A stretch of DNA of 58,907 nucleotides, filler included, from Sluysia triapertura (GCA_046118255.1; 4 parts of 4 records of this genome joined end to end with filler, not necessarily neighbours in it), one strand, 5' to 3'; shown: positions 12,491 to 26,157, counted from the first letter of the whole stretch. Made by a program: numbers and translations. The notes: a model not told the origin generated them from the sequence alone.

Positions 12491-15424
12491 ATAATAATTA
12501 TAATTATGATTTGTCTTCAGGTAACGAGAAACGAAGTAAATCTCAAGGCATATGCAGATTAAGATACTTAAATATCTTAATAAATCATATCTTAAGATAC
12601 TTAGAAAATCTTAATAAATTTCTTGATATTTATATTTGTTTTTTAGTTAATCATATATCAAAAGTATCATCAACTCTACTAACTGTAATAAAATTTAAAA
12701 CGAATTTTAAAGGAAATCAATACTTTAATAAATATTTAAAAAATTTTCCGTTTAAAGTTAATAAGAAAATTAATCCCAAGTTTTGATCAAGTAACAACAT
12801 TGCTAAAATTGACTTTATCAAATTTAACCTTACTAAATTTTACGTTACCAAATCATAGAGAATTCACATAATGCAAAAAAGCAAATATTAAATTAAACTA
12901 AGAAAATTTCCTCGTACCAATTAGTTTGACGCATTTTTCAGTACAATTATATATTATTATATCAATATATTACTACATATTATATTATTATATTTGAAAA
13001 AATTTATAATTTCAATACATTTGATAGAATAATGCCAATATTTATAATATTAATAATGTTATTATTAATGATAATGTAATGATAATGATTATAATATTAT
13101 ATTAATGATAATATAATGATAATTATTAAAATATTGATGATGATAATATCAATACTGATAATAATAATGACAATATTTATAATATTAATAGTGTTAATAT
13201 TAATAATATGATGATTATAATGCAACATAATATTCATTTATTATTAAGTAATTATTAAAATTATTTGTTAGAATTATTCATTATTAATAAAATAAAACAA
13301 ATAATTATTCATTATTAATAAAATAAAAATAAATTTCGATTCAAAATAAAAATAATTACTGTTATTATTATTATTGTTACTATTAGTGAAAATTGAATGT
13401 ATTATTATTATTTTGAAGTTATTATTGTCGTTATTAAAACTTTTCTACTGTATACCATAAAAAATCGTACAGAAAATTATTTTGGTGTGCGTTATTTATT
13501 AGAAAAATTATATAGATGAATTATTATATACTATTATTACTATCGTTGTTATTTAAATTATTAACTATTGAATATTATTACTATCGTGCATGAATTTAAA
13601 TTACTATTATTATATGGAATATTAGTATAAAAGTATTTACATAAAACCACAACCACCACAATCGAAAAAGAATTAATATAGAATAGAACTGATACGACTT
13701 GATTTTTGCTCATCGTGTTAATCGCTTTTCGGATTAATTTGGAAAATAACAGAATGTCCATTTGAGATCCAGTTATTTATTTGTATTGACAGTAATAAAT
13801 TCACATATATATCGTCAAACGTAACATTGTTTCTTACAATTGATTATATACAAGTGAGTAATTGTATTTTATTTTGGATTAAATTTTATAATAAAATTTC
13901 TTATTTTTATATACGTTAAATATATTGTAATACAGAAATAAATAGTTTAGTTAATTTGTTTGTTTTGTTATTTCGAGTAAGTTGATAGAATTGCTATAAA
14001 AGAGTTTCTTTGATAAATCAACTATTAGCGTATCCATTTCCGAACATAGGAAAGAGTATAAGAGCTCCTACCTCTTGATATCAATAATACATGTAATATA
14101 GATTGAGAAAAAGAATTAACAAGTATATTTACCAGTTGAATTATATTGACATAAGATACATTTAATTGTAAGACATTTTTTGCGAGTCTAGGGATTTTTT
14201 GAAAGCAAATACTTCATACTTCATAAATCTAACAATAATATTACATTAATGATAATATTTATAATATTAGTGATAATAATAATGATAATTATTATATTTA
14301 TGATAATAATAACAATATTTATAATAATAAGTATGAACACAATTCGATTTATTTATTTAACTATATATTTTATCAGTTATGTAAGTGTTTTTTGCTTGAA
14401 GAAAAATAAATGATTTCCTGTAGAAAAATATTAGAATTTATCCCTTAGCATTTTATTATTTTTATGTTGCTAATTCCTTAAAACATTACTTTCTTTTGAA
14501 AAGAGCTGTTTGTTAGGGGTTTAACTTACAACGTAATGATGATAAAACTATACATTTTATAATTAACTTTAGTAACTTAACATATAGACGTTGTTTTTAT
14601 TGTGATTTTTATTAATTTTGAAATAACGTTTTAATTACCAATGTTTTTCAAATTAATGCGCATAGAATCAATAATTTATTAAAGATGAAATATGCGATGC
14701 AAGACAATTTATTTGAAAAAAGTTAATTAGGATCTACGCTTGATTTTACAATCACATTGAAAATTAAAGTAGAGTAATTATTTTGAATTTTTTCCCTTTT
14801 TAAATACTCAAATAATTTCCTAGTGTAAATTTTCTAGTAAATCACTAAATAAAATATTTAATATTAAAAACAGTTTTAATTTATTCAATTATTTAATACA
14901 ATGAATCAAAAATAAATAAATTGAAGAACCAGTTCAATGCTAATACATTAGATTTACGGTAAAGTCGGATATAAGTGAGATCCAGAATTGAAAATTTTAA
15001 TAAAAATTATTCACGAATTTTACATATATTTTCTTATTTTGTTTGACTAATCAATACACGTTTATGACAACTATGGCATAACTTTAAAAAAAATTTCGTT
15101 AAAACAACTTTAGTAATTTAATGTCTCAAGAAATTTAAAAGCACATTATTTGCTTTTGTTGTTACTATTGAATATTTTTCTTAATTTTATAGAGTGATCT
15201 CATTTTACAGATTTCAGAAGGTAAAAAAATGAACATATTGAAAAAGCACGAACATATAAACACATGATAGAATGCAAATAAAAAATTATGATTTTCAAAC
15301 AACTAAATCAATGTTTGTATTAATAACCGAATTTAACATTTCACTAAGCAATTTTATATTATTTTTCATTGTTTCGTATTGATACCATCTCACTTCATTA
15401 ATTATCTTCGTGCACGATACTCTC

Positions 15425-15640
15425 AGAAATAACAAAAATAAATGGAACCAAAGATGAATATCTTATTGAAACATAATAATAATAATCTATACAGAATCCA
15501 AGGTGTGTACCGTTTATGTTTCAAAAAATACAACCAGTTACCAAAGAGTGTCAAATTACTGGAAGATTATGAAGAATCTAAGAAAAAGTCAAAGTTTTTC
15601 TGTTCTGCAATTTGAGCACAACATAAATCAACATATTATC
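15425..15640 (+). mobile_element. L2/CR1-clade LINE 3' fragment (internally deleted)
   Basis: Shares AATCTATACAGAATCC, GTGTGTACCGTTTATGT and GTCAAATTACTGGAAGATTATGAA with the copy at 6235-6752. Confidence 0.8.
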
Positions 15641-18540
15641 GCCACTACCACCGCTATGACTATTCAAGAAATATATCCATTTTTACATTTTTATTAAGCA
15701 TGTATTATTTTATTCTACATCCTCCTCTTAACATAACTTTGATCGGATATTGTGCTCTTAAAATTTGATTATTTTTTATTAATTCTTTTAAATATTAATT
15801 TATTTTATTGAAGGTTTGATGTTTATAAATTTTGATTTCACATTGGCTATATACATCTCACTTTAAGATGATTACTTTGCCATTTCGATTTAAATTTTGA
15901 ATATAATTAATAATTAATATAATTGTAAATAAATAAAACATATGTAAATAAAATAAAATAATAAAACATTTTATTTCCAATTTAGATTAATCTCCATTTC
16001 TAATTTAAATAAATTTTTATAGAAAATTTAAATTAATTTTGTACATATAAAATATAATTATTAAATAAAAAAGTAATTATTAACAATAATGAAAAAAATT
16101 TTAAAAGAAAACAAAATAGTGAATTTTAAAGAAGAAATAATTAATACTTAATGGGTTAAAGAAAAAAATTCAAGAGTAAAAAATTAGTGAATAAAATTTT
16201 CTCAACTTCAGTTTGATTTATGATACTGAGCAGTGGGAGAACATTATAATTTTTATTTTCGAACTTTAAACTTTTTATTCTAATCTAATTTGAAATTGTT
16301 TAAATTTTCAAAACTTTATTTACAAAATTCTCAAAATGACAAGCGTTATTTTGACACAACATAAAATTCCATAGATAAAATTCACCTTTCAAGACTTAGA
16401 TAGTTCACTAAATTGTTGGAAATCACATATACACCAATCGAAAATGATTACATTTTTTAGTTGCTACTTGATGAAATCATTTTAATTCTAATAATTTTTA
16501 CACAAAATTTCATTAATTTGCTTAATTAGGTCAATATATCAATATTTAAGAACATAAATAAGTGAAACCTTTGAAAGATCAATAAACAAATTAAATAATT
16601 ATTTAAATTAATTATTTTTAGAAATAAATTTTCAAATTCAACTATGCTAACTAAAATTTTTTATTAATAATAATGAAATAAAAAACACAACTACATATTA
16701 AAAGAAACATCATGTTTAAATTATGTCTAAATATAACATTAATAAAAATGTTAATATTCGGGATTGTAATAATAATGATAATAAAAAATAATGATAATTA
16801 CGTTTAGAGTAAATGACTAATAAAATGTACAATAATTACAATTGTCTTATCAAATTTTCATTAAAAAATTTTATTAATAAGTTTCTAAAATAGATATTCT
16901 AAAAATAAAAGGTTACCAAAAATTTTACATTTTGAAACATCTTGCTCCACTCCTGGAAATGATACAACTTCATGTAACGACTTAAGCGTTCTACTGTAAT
17001 CCGTAATCACTTCTTTCTTTGCATCAACAAAAATTGCATTATCTTTTGAATTTATTTTTACATTTTTACTATCATGACCTTTAACACTATTTTTTCCTTG
17101 CGTATTGTGCACGTACTCGGCTTTCGTTAAAATAAAATTAGCTGGATTCAAAATTCTATGCATATTTTGCTTCATACGTTGCATCTCTTCGTAATTATCA
17201 TTTCGATTCAATTTTAAACCACAAAACACAGTTCCATCTTTAGTTACATGATGACACACTGTTTCAAAATCTACATCACTTGGAAATTAACGAATTTCTT
17301 TGTCAAACTCAAATGTTCTTCTTCACTTTCTTCCCATAAATAAAGAATTGTAGTTCAATGCTGGTTTATTCGACTTTAAAATCTTGACGTAAAACAAGAT
17401 GCTTCAACATTTCATGTTGATGGTGGTTACAGAAATGATGTGGTGATTCAATAAAATAATAACCTTCTTGATATCATTAGCGTTGTTTTCAAATTCATTC
17501 ACTCCTTCAATTTCTTTATTAAAACAAAAAATGGATAATATAGAACAATAATAATGTTATTTCTAGTGGATGAATGTGAGACCGAGTGTATGCCCTTCAT
17601 ATTATTTGTTAAACTGAAGATAAATCTATGCACGCTATGTATTATGTAAATAACTTAATTTTATTCAGTAGTAAGAAGATCATGGATAAAATAATGACAT
17701 ATCGGAAACTATCCGAGCATTCACCGAGAACAATATAATAATCATGATGAAACAAAGAGGTATAATAAAATTTAAAGTACATAAATAGTGTATCATAATT
17801 AGTAATGCGACACTACACAAAATAATTGCTAAATACATTTAACACGGTAGAAGGAACATCTACATGTCTATCTTCCAAAAATTTAAAATTATGCTTTTCT
17901 GGATTAAACCCAAACAGAAACCTAATTAAATTATACGTTAATTTAAAATATCATCTAAAATTAATATATTAAACAATAAAACTTAATAATTTTGGTTTAT
18001 GTCATTTTATTTGATAATAGAAATTACTAAAAAATGAAATTATTTTAAATTGATTACTGAATTGAATGTGCCTCATTGTAAATTGTATAATACATATGTG
18101 TAGTTGACTCTCCGTAAGTTTAAAATATTTAATATTAAAAAGCCAGATGCATGTCTAATTTACATTATAAGTAGTGAATTATAGTCGGACCCTTTTGGTG
18201 GAAGGTTTAGGTAAAAACCCTGTTGTAGATGTAGGGTTCTTTTGAACTCTGGACACCATTTTTGTTGGGAAATGTTAACGATGATTATGATTGTTTTAAA
18301 ATTTAAATTTAATTTATAATTATTTTTAGGAATTATATAACTAAGTTTTATTAAAATGTTTTGATTTAAAAATTTTCAATTCTAAACTGATTATTATATT
18401 CTTTCTAGACGAAGATTGAGAATAACAACATAAAACTTTATTTACGAAACATTTTAATTTTAATACTTCACTCCCATGTATGATCCTTTTTCTTCTGGTT
18501 GCACTCACTATAAAAAAATGATAATAAAAACAATAGATAA

Positions 18541-19750
18541 CTATTTACCTTGATGTTGTAGTCCGTTAGAATATTGTGAGAAGAATATTGTAATACTCTT
18601 TATTAATTCTGAAATTCTTTGTGAGTGTCTAATGTTAGTTGCTTCATCTTCTTTGGTGATCGTCACTTCATGAACAGAATGAGCGTAATGACAGAACATT
18701 CCATCCCTTAAGCAAACACCTTTGTTGTCAGTAGAAGCTGCGCACAGGGCAGCTATACGAGCAATTTTTTGTTTATTGAACATGTAATACTCATGCTCAT
18801 TATCTTTAAGTATAGAGTCATCACGTTTATCATCATTAAGTGAACCAAAATCATCATTACTATTGTTATACGTTTCACAAGCCTTATTTATTTTTATTAC
18901 TTTTATAAATATCGTTACTATAATTAAGAAAATTAAATACAATTAATTTATCATCATAAAATTCATGGAGACATTATTTTTATAAAAAGTTAAAAAATCA
19001 ACTTTGTACTGTTCGAGTTTATGAATGTTATCTTCGTAGCAGTAAAAGGAATCACAATGTTTTTATTGTTGTTAACTTGATCATCTTCTTAGTTTGTGTA
19101 ACATCATCTCCAACAAGGTTATCTTTATTATCATTAGGGTTATCATTGTTAGCTTCATAATAATCGACTTCGACATTATTGACTTCGCCACTGTCATCTT
19201 CGAGATTGTTATTTTGATAATTGCCGTCTCTACTATTGCTAATCGCGTTATGCTGATCTTCAAAATTATGTATTCGAAAGTTTTCGAAGTTATCATCATT
19301 AATTTTATTCTGATCATGTTTAATATTGATAACTAAAATATTAACATCTTTAGTGTTGTCGATCAGGTTATATTTATCTTCAGCTTTACATAATTGATAG
19401 TTGCTATATTATTCTGATCGTCTTTAGCATTTACAACTGGAACATTATCATCTTAACTATTGTCAACCACATTGTTTTTAAAAATTTTGTAATTTTTAAA
19501 GTTTTTAAATTGTTATGAAATTGGGTTTTCCAACAAGAATAAAATTGCTGCCAAATTGTTATAAAATTGAGTTACCTCACCAGAATATAATATATAACAT
19601 TGATGCCACATCATTTATGAAAACAACAGTACAAAAGTTTTAATTATGATGAAAAATTTTGTGGTAAAGCAAATACTGATTGATCATCCAACCAGAAACA
19701 TACAAAAGCCATGGAGAGATTTATTCTGGTTGGGTGGCCAATAAATAAAT
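18541..19750 (-). pseudogene. Decayed intronless ORF: Asn/Asp-rich tract followed by an intact Unkempt-type CCCH zinc finger (copy 2)
   Basis: 18744-18679 reads C-AASTDNKGV-C-LRDGMF-C-HYA-H (C-x9-C-x6-C-x3-H), then SVHEVTI...KSITIFF. Upstream frame (~19380-19050) is N/D-rich (HDQNKINDDNFENF...EANNDNPNDNKDN) but frameshifted. Confidence 0.6.
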
Positions 19751-20514
19751 AGTAATTATAATGATATACGATGCTAACCATCATCAACATTGACATTAAA
19801 CTATATATGTAAATTAAACATGTCATCGTTGATGATGGCAGTGACCAAGTTAATAAATTAATAAAATAAATGAAAATAAAAATGTTGATAGTAATAATAA
19901 CAAAATATTATTATTATTATTATTATTACTGATCACATAAATTTCTGTATTTCTTTGAAACATGATATTTCTTTTATATCTTTATATTTCTTAACATATT
20001 TAAGTTATTAGCAAGAAAAAGAACTCTTAAGAAAATTGAGAATTCATGATGTAACCTCTTAAAGACATAAGATAATGCTTTAGCTGAAGATAAGCGTTAT
20101 GATTTCCTTCTTTCGAAATAACATTGATGTTTGATGTGGATTATACATGTTTTGAATGAAGATAATGTTTAGTTGTTAGGATTTTAATGATAAAAGATCT
20201 TGAATTTAGAGTGTTTGAAAAGTGTGTGACATAAATTTTTAGTAAAATTTATTAAGAAAATAGGTTGGCCACCACAAACCCAGCAAAAAAGAATGTTGAA
20301 AACACAGTTAATGTTATAAAGAGACTTCGAAAAATAGAAATATTCGATTTTGGTCAAATATACGTAGACACATCTGAAGATACACTGCATTGATTATGTA
20401 AAATATAATTACTTAAGTCTTTTGAATTTTAGAATAAATCCAATTACAATTAAATTTTTATATTGTGTTTCCGTTTTCGTTTTCTTTTATTTAAGCTTTT
20501 GTTTTATTTTTCAG

Positions 20515-20790
20515 ATATTCATCATGCAGAAGCAGTTAGACACGTTAGTGCCAGAACAGTCAGGAGACAATGGTTTGCGAGCGAGGCGACCCAGAAGAAA
20601 GCCTAAATTGACACCACAGATGATCAGTAAAATGTTGGCATTTAACTGAGTATGACTGGAGTCAAGTATGTTTTAGTGACGAGTCGTCCTTTCAAGTATT
20701 GGATGAGACGACCACTTTTGTAAGAAGGAGACCTAATGAGGAATTTCACCTTGATTGTGTCATAGAAACTGCGAAACATCCAACTTTTGA
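20515..20790 (+). mobile_element. Tc1 transposase relic (frameshifted)
   Basis: VSARTVRR / NGLRARRPRRKPKLT / DWSQVCFSDESSFQV...FVRRRPNEEFHLDCVIETAKHP: Tc1 second HTH, linker and the first catalytic Asp (FSDES). Confidence 0.88.
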
Positions 20791-21176
20791 TTAATAGTTT
20801 CGTAGTATCCTTGAAAAATGTTGAATTGTATCACAAAAATGGTTATTTAGTTTAATAATTTTATCCCAAGTCCGATTTGGAAGAAAAGTATCAAAAGTAT
20901 CGCGAATTGCTACTCATCTTCATTTTTGAAAAATCGGAAATAGACTTTAAAACTTTCCATGGAAAAGGTATTTGAAATAGTTTAAAAAACAATAAAGATT
21001 CTAAGACCCGCATCAAAGACGTATTTCATACATCTTCAAGGTAACCTTATTAACCTTTGCATCATTTTTCTAATTATTTTCAAAATGCCGCGTATACAAA
21101 TAATTTCAAATTCGTAAATTCGTTTTTTGACTGAAACAGATTTCCATTGTTTTTAGAGAATTAAGAAATGTCTTAC

Positions 21177-23366
21177 TTGAATCCATTTGTCTCGATGCAG
21201 AGTTAAGGCAGCTTCACCAATGGCAGGAGACATAGAGAGACCAGCATTACAGGCCCAATAACGTAATACGTCAACCCCATATTTAACTACAACATCTTGA
21301 GGATCTATTACATTTCCAATCGACTTTGACATCTTATGGCCATTTGAATCTACTACAAACCCATGACNNNNNNNNNNNNNNNNNNNNNNNNNNNNNNNNN
21401 NNNNNNNNNNNNNNNNNNNNNNNNNNNNNNNNNNNNNNNNNNNNNNNNNNNNNNNNNNNNNNNNNNNNNNNNNNNNNNNNNNNNNNNNNNNNNNNNTAAT
21501 AATATGATAATAATAATGATAATAATAATAACTTGAACGGTGATTTGCCAGTCAATGCTATTCCAGTTAATAATGAAGATGAGAACCAACCTCGAAACTG
21601 ATCTAAACCTTCCAAGTAAATATCAGAAATATCAATTTGTTCTATATCGGACGAAATGGGAAAATTTCGACGACACCACCACGACAAACCACTATCAAAC
21701 CAAATATCGAATATGTCCTCACTTTTTGTTAACTCATTATAGCCATGGTTACAATTCCACTGAAATCGAAATAAAATGAGACGATAAATATTGGAACGCT
21801 CAGATTAAAAATTGTAGATTCGAGACGTTTATTATTATTTGAATTACTAATTGAATATTTTATGGATTTTCTCTGATTTTATTGGAGTGCTGGTAGCCTA
21901 GTCAAGGTTAATTTTTAGAACGAATAAGTATCAATTTGAATAATTGGAACAGAAACATAATTGTCACTTTGTAGTTTCTGATTATGTCAAAAACGATTGT
22001 AATAAAAATTTTCACAATAGTCGGTGTCGCTCGAGAAATAATATGAAGAGTCACAAAACGATTGTAAACAATAAAGCTGAAAAAGGAGACAGGGTAACGA
22101 TCAAAATATTTACATAATACTTGGGATTAACCAACAAACTATTTGACAAATGAATAAAATGGACTTCATATTCAAGCTTACGATCTATATACACACTTAG
22201 AACATCACATATAAAGATGCCGCCAATAGATTATTGGACAGAAAATATTAATTGAAAATCAAGAGTGAATGAATTTTGTTTTCTAATTTTCATGGATTCG
22301 TCACAGGTGCGGGACAACTCCCATTCAACTCGACGACTGCAATATCTCATTAGTTTCTGGGCTTCAGAAAAATCCACAGTCGTCTAAAAAACTCTGCAAA
22401 ATAAGTTGAATTCAATGTCAAATAAACATTAAAATCTATTGTGTAACTAGAATTTAAAGAATTATGTTCAAGGTTTCATTACAGGTATTAGGTGGTGCAT
22501 AAATTCGTGCGGTTTTATTTGTTGCAAAGAAAACACACCAACTTCTTGCTTTAACTGATTTGAGTTACATTCATTCCGCTGAATTATCATTAATTCATTT
22601 TAGACTAAATTTCACTTTCATACCCTCATTAAAATGGAGTGTCAGGTAGATAAAAATGAACATTTCCGGCATCTACTCCTTTACTATTTTAATCAATATT
22701 TAAACGCTGCAGAATCCACCAGAATGAATTGGGCTTATGGAGAAAAGGCAGTCAGTGAACGAACATGGGAAATTTTGATTTAAATGATGCACCTCGATCA
22801 TGGTGACTTTGATGATGACCGTTTGAACCAATTGATTCATAGTGATCCGCGTCAATTGACAAGAGCGCTTGGACAAGCCATGGATTGTGATCACATCACT
22901 ATTTCTCGACATCTCAAGAAAATTGGAAATGTTCAAAAACTTGGATCATGTGTAGGAAGGAAATATTGAACATTGTATTATTGTATCTTGTGCTATTATA
23001 CTTATTTATTTTTCCTTATTAATGAAGACTTCGTTTTTGCATTTATTGCCAATTAGTCAACACCCGAAAAATGGCAAAAACTAGATTCAAACTAACTTTT
23101 TCCAAATAATTCTTCTTCACAGTAGATTCTATGTCTTCAAGCCACCAAAAGTCGCAACCTTCATTTCGAACTCGTTCAGCTATCTCGCTAATAAATTCCG
23201 AATCCACAATTGGTTCAGTGACGCTGTTGATTCGACGATACAACACTGGAATCGGCACTCCCCATTTTCGTTGACGTGATATACACCAATCAGGTCGCAT
23301 CGTAATAAAACTGTACATTTTATCGTGATGTTTCATTGGATAAACTTGAACTTTAGAAAATTCTTC
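21177..23366 (-). CDS. IARS2: Isoleucyl-tRNA synthetase, mitochondrial (bacterial-type), three internal exons (partial gene)
   Basis: Exon 23366-23097 has [18 protein letters not shown]. Exon 21759-21533 has [13 protein letters not shown] and [12 protein letters not shown]. Exon >=21367-21177 (start hidden in the N gap) has [22 protein letters not shown]...YGVDVLRYW with the class I KMSKS motif. Visible boundaries are GT-AG and in phase. YLEG.DQ.RGWF and WCISRQR fit the mitochondrial/bacterial type. Confidence 0.92.
21945..22485 (+). mobile_element. Possible highly decayed Tc1/mariner-superfamily relic
   Basis: Broken frames around 22320-22362 give PFNS / DCN / SFW, resembling the WPPNSPDxNPLD..W motif. 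No TIR pair recovered. Confidence 0.25.
22488..22950 (+). mobile_element. mariner element, 5' part with decayed transposase, inside an IARS2 intron
   Basis: TA followed by TIR-like TTAGGTGGTGCATAAATTCGTGCGGTTTT. ATG at 22634 gives [20 protein letters not shown]; later [46 protein letters not shown] (mariner HTH region). Confidence 0.9.
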
Positions 23367-23618
23367 CTAAAATAATCGAATTTTATATTGTGTTATGATT
23401 AAAACGTACAATTTATTTGACCGCAAAATGTTTATTATTGGATTATTGGAAAGAAAAGTGCAATTAAAACGTACAAATCAAAGAATTTTGAAGAAAATTA
23501 AGAAACACGAGAGTATTTAAACTGTGTGTATAAAAGAAATAAAAAATTCTCTTGCAAAATGCAAATGATAAATATAAACTAAAGAAAATATCACATATGC
23601 GAAACTATCACATTAATA

Positions 23619-24092
23619 AAGAAACAGCTAAACTAGCAACATAGATTTTAACAATGGTTTATTGTACTCAATTTCATATAGAAAAGTGAAAAAATTACAA
23701 TTAATAATTAATCAAGTGGGAAGAAGATCACTCATGTAACACTTTATCGTAAGGAATTACATTGATTGCCAATAGTAGCAAGAATAGAATTCAAAATCAT
23801 GACAATAATTTACAAATGCTTACATTACGGAAGCGCTGAATATCTTTTAGAAATAGTACAAAATTTGGAAACCAAGATGAATATTTCATTGAGATATAAT
23901 AATAATCTATACAGAATCCCCAGTGATAATAAGAGCTAGATGATAGGTTGTATACCGTTTATGTTTCAAAAATATACAACTAGTACTACCAGAGAATGCC
24001 AAATTACTGGAAGATTATGAAATATTTAAGAAAAATGCAAAGCTGTTTCTGTTTCAGAAATATTATTGTGAATGATTTAATTTAAGCGCTTT
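23619..24092 (+). mobile_element. L2/CR1-clade LINE 3' fragment
   Basis: Collinear with 6235-6752 and 26588-27140 (GCAAGAATAGAATTCAAAATCATGA, CAAATTACTGGAAGATTATGAAATATTTAAGAAAAA). Confidence 0.88.
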
Positions 24093-24118
24093 AAATTAAA
24101 CGAATTATTATTGTCTAG

Positions 24119-24426
24119 GATGCGTCTCGAGGACCTGGTTTTTACGAAATTGATAAAGCATTGGATTATTTAACAAAATCTTCTAACCAATCGGAAAAGG
24201 GCTTGATGCATTCAAAAAGTGAAAGATTCAAACAACGTAAAGGGGTTGGCATGGATTTGAAAATAATTCTGTAAATTAATTAATTTAGGATTGCTTTCCT
24301 GGGCCAGGAAATTATGGTATTCCAGAAGAAATTGTTGAACAAGCTGAAGAAAAACGAAGATGTGGCTTAGCTCCTGCGCTGTTGTCCCGCGGAGGCAGTT
24401 CTTTGATGCGATTAGCTCAAACACAG
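24119..24426 (+). CDS. SHIPPO/PGP-repeat ciliary microtubule-associated protein, CIMAP2 (LEXM)-like, two internal exons (partial gene)
   Basis: AG|24119-24244|GT, a 44-nt intron containing an in-frame stop, then AG|24289-24426|GT. Spliced peptide DASRGPGFYEIDKALDYLTKSSNQSEKGLMHSKSERFKQRKG-DCFPGPGNYGIPEEIVEQAEEKRRCGLAPALLSRGGSSLMRLAQTQ has two GPGxY motifs. The GL..S...RF.....PGPGNYG spacing is as I recall it for CIMAP2/LEXM. Confidence 0.72.
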
Positions 24427-24464
24427 GTTACTTATTTATATACGAGTAGGTTTGTGTATAGGTA

Positions 24465-25042
24465 CCTTGTTTCCCCGAAAATAAGACAAGACTTATATTA
24501 ATTTTCACTCCAAAATGTGACACTAGGACTTATTTTTGGGGTGTCCTATTTTCATCTGTCGAAAACAAAGTTACAAAGAAGAGAATTATGAAATTTCTAA
24601 ATGTACAAACAGATCTACATTTACTAATGAATAGCACGTTTTATGTTTAACAACACCACTAACTAAAATGTCACAATGAACATTTTTAATTTAATTGACT
24701 TTCATTATTTTAAGTCATTCTCTTTGATTAACATTGCTTTGAGGATTGTCTGAAAGTGAATCATCCAATCAGAATCTTGTTATAGTCAGTCAAAATCAGA
24801 AAGTGAACCAGAATGCTTTGACAATGAAAGCATCTCTCAGAATGTATTGTAATTTAAAGCTAATTGTGTTATTTAAATATAGAAGCATATGCTAAAGAAT
24901 GCATTGAACGCCATCTCAAGCCATTCATTGACTTTTATTAGGTATCCTAATAGGCTATCAATCAGGGCTTATTTTAGGGTTAGGTCTTAAATTAAAATCA
25001 TCTTGAAACATGACGCTAGGTCATATTTTCGAGGAAACACGG
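24465..25042. mobile_element. pogo/Tigger/Tc2-like MITE, complete
   Basis: 23-bp TIRs CCTTGTTTCCCCGAAAATAAGAC and (reverse complement) CCGTGTTTCCTCGAAAATATGAC, 20/23 match, with TA on both sides. Second copy at 1691-2121. Confidence 0.85.
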
Positions 25043-26157
25043 TATATGGCTAACAAATTCTTCAATTTCGTTCTACAATTGTTCTAGAATAAATTTCACA
25101 CAACAATTAAATTGTATTGCATTTCTTTCTACACGTAATGTCAAAATGATTATCATTATTTAGTAGTTATGTTTGTATTTGTGCTTGTTTGTCTTCATTT
25201 TTCCATCTCTATTTAATAAAATTATTGGTTTCTTTGTTTCTTCGGAACTTTCCACAATTTCCACAAGTACCACTCCAAGTTCCGAAAAGTATTCGATTGA
25301 AATAAAAGTGAATTAAATCAAGTATTAACTTGGAAGTTATTGGATGTTCATTTCGTGATAAAAAAGTTCATTTATGTAAATCTTCCGTAAAGTTTTGACA
25401 TTTAAATTTTAAAATAAATTTAATAAAACTTAGAAAATGAAATATTTCATAAGTACACTCAAAAGATAATGAAAGAAAGATAAAAGAAAAACGAAGCTTA
25501 CCACAGTTAATTATTCAAGAAAGAAGCTACAGAATAAACGAGAAGTACAGAGATACGAGTTAATAATAAGACTGATATCGTGGGCTGAAGTAGTTAATTG
25601 ATACCTTATTGGACAGTAAGTTTCAGCATGAATATTAAATTATGAACATTTAAACTAGACGAATTTCTTCAATACATTATTAATTTAATTTTTTCCAAAG
25701 ATCAAGGGGGTCGGAAACGTTGGCATATAGAACCGTAGTATAGAAAATAACAAATAAATCAAATGGATGAAAATGTGCCCAAAATTAAGTACTATAAGAT
25801 GAAAATTGGCCATGTAGAGGTAAAAATAGCTATATTCTTAAAGACATATTCAATTGCTATTATTACCAAAAGATATTTAGAGAAATTAATTACATATTAA
25901 GTATTAGAGAAAGAAAATTAAAATATTATTGGCAGTAGTATAATATCAGTGAAAAAAATGGTATTTTCCACTATAGAATTACAAGATTATTAATTTAATA
26001 CGTTGATGAAATAAAGTTCGAAATTTCTAGGCCAATTTTGTGAAAAATGTCGAACTACCATAACTAGCTCGATTTATAATAAATGCGTTATTCGCTATTT
26101 CAAGAATCGAATTTATTTTAATATGTAAGAATTCGATGATAACAATCTCTTACTAAC

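Noticed and set aside
12990-13440. AAT/GAT-rich tract as an Asn-rich coding region
   Set aside because: Frequent stops in all frames; simple low-complexity DNA.
21177-23366. Bacterial contamination or horizontal transfer of a bacterial-type IleRS
   Set aside because: It has spliceosomal introns containing animal-type transposons; a nuclear gene for the mitochondrial enzyme explains it.
25505-25640. Minus-strand YQLTTSAHDISLIINSYL as a missing CDC45 exon
   Set aside because: Only faint similarity; the frame is closed by stops on both sides and I could not place convincing splice sites.
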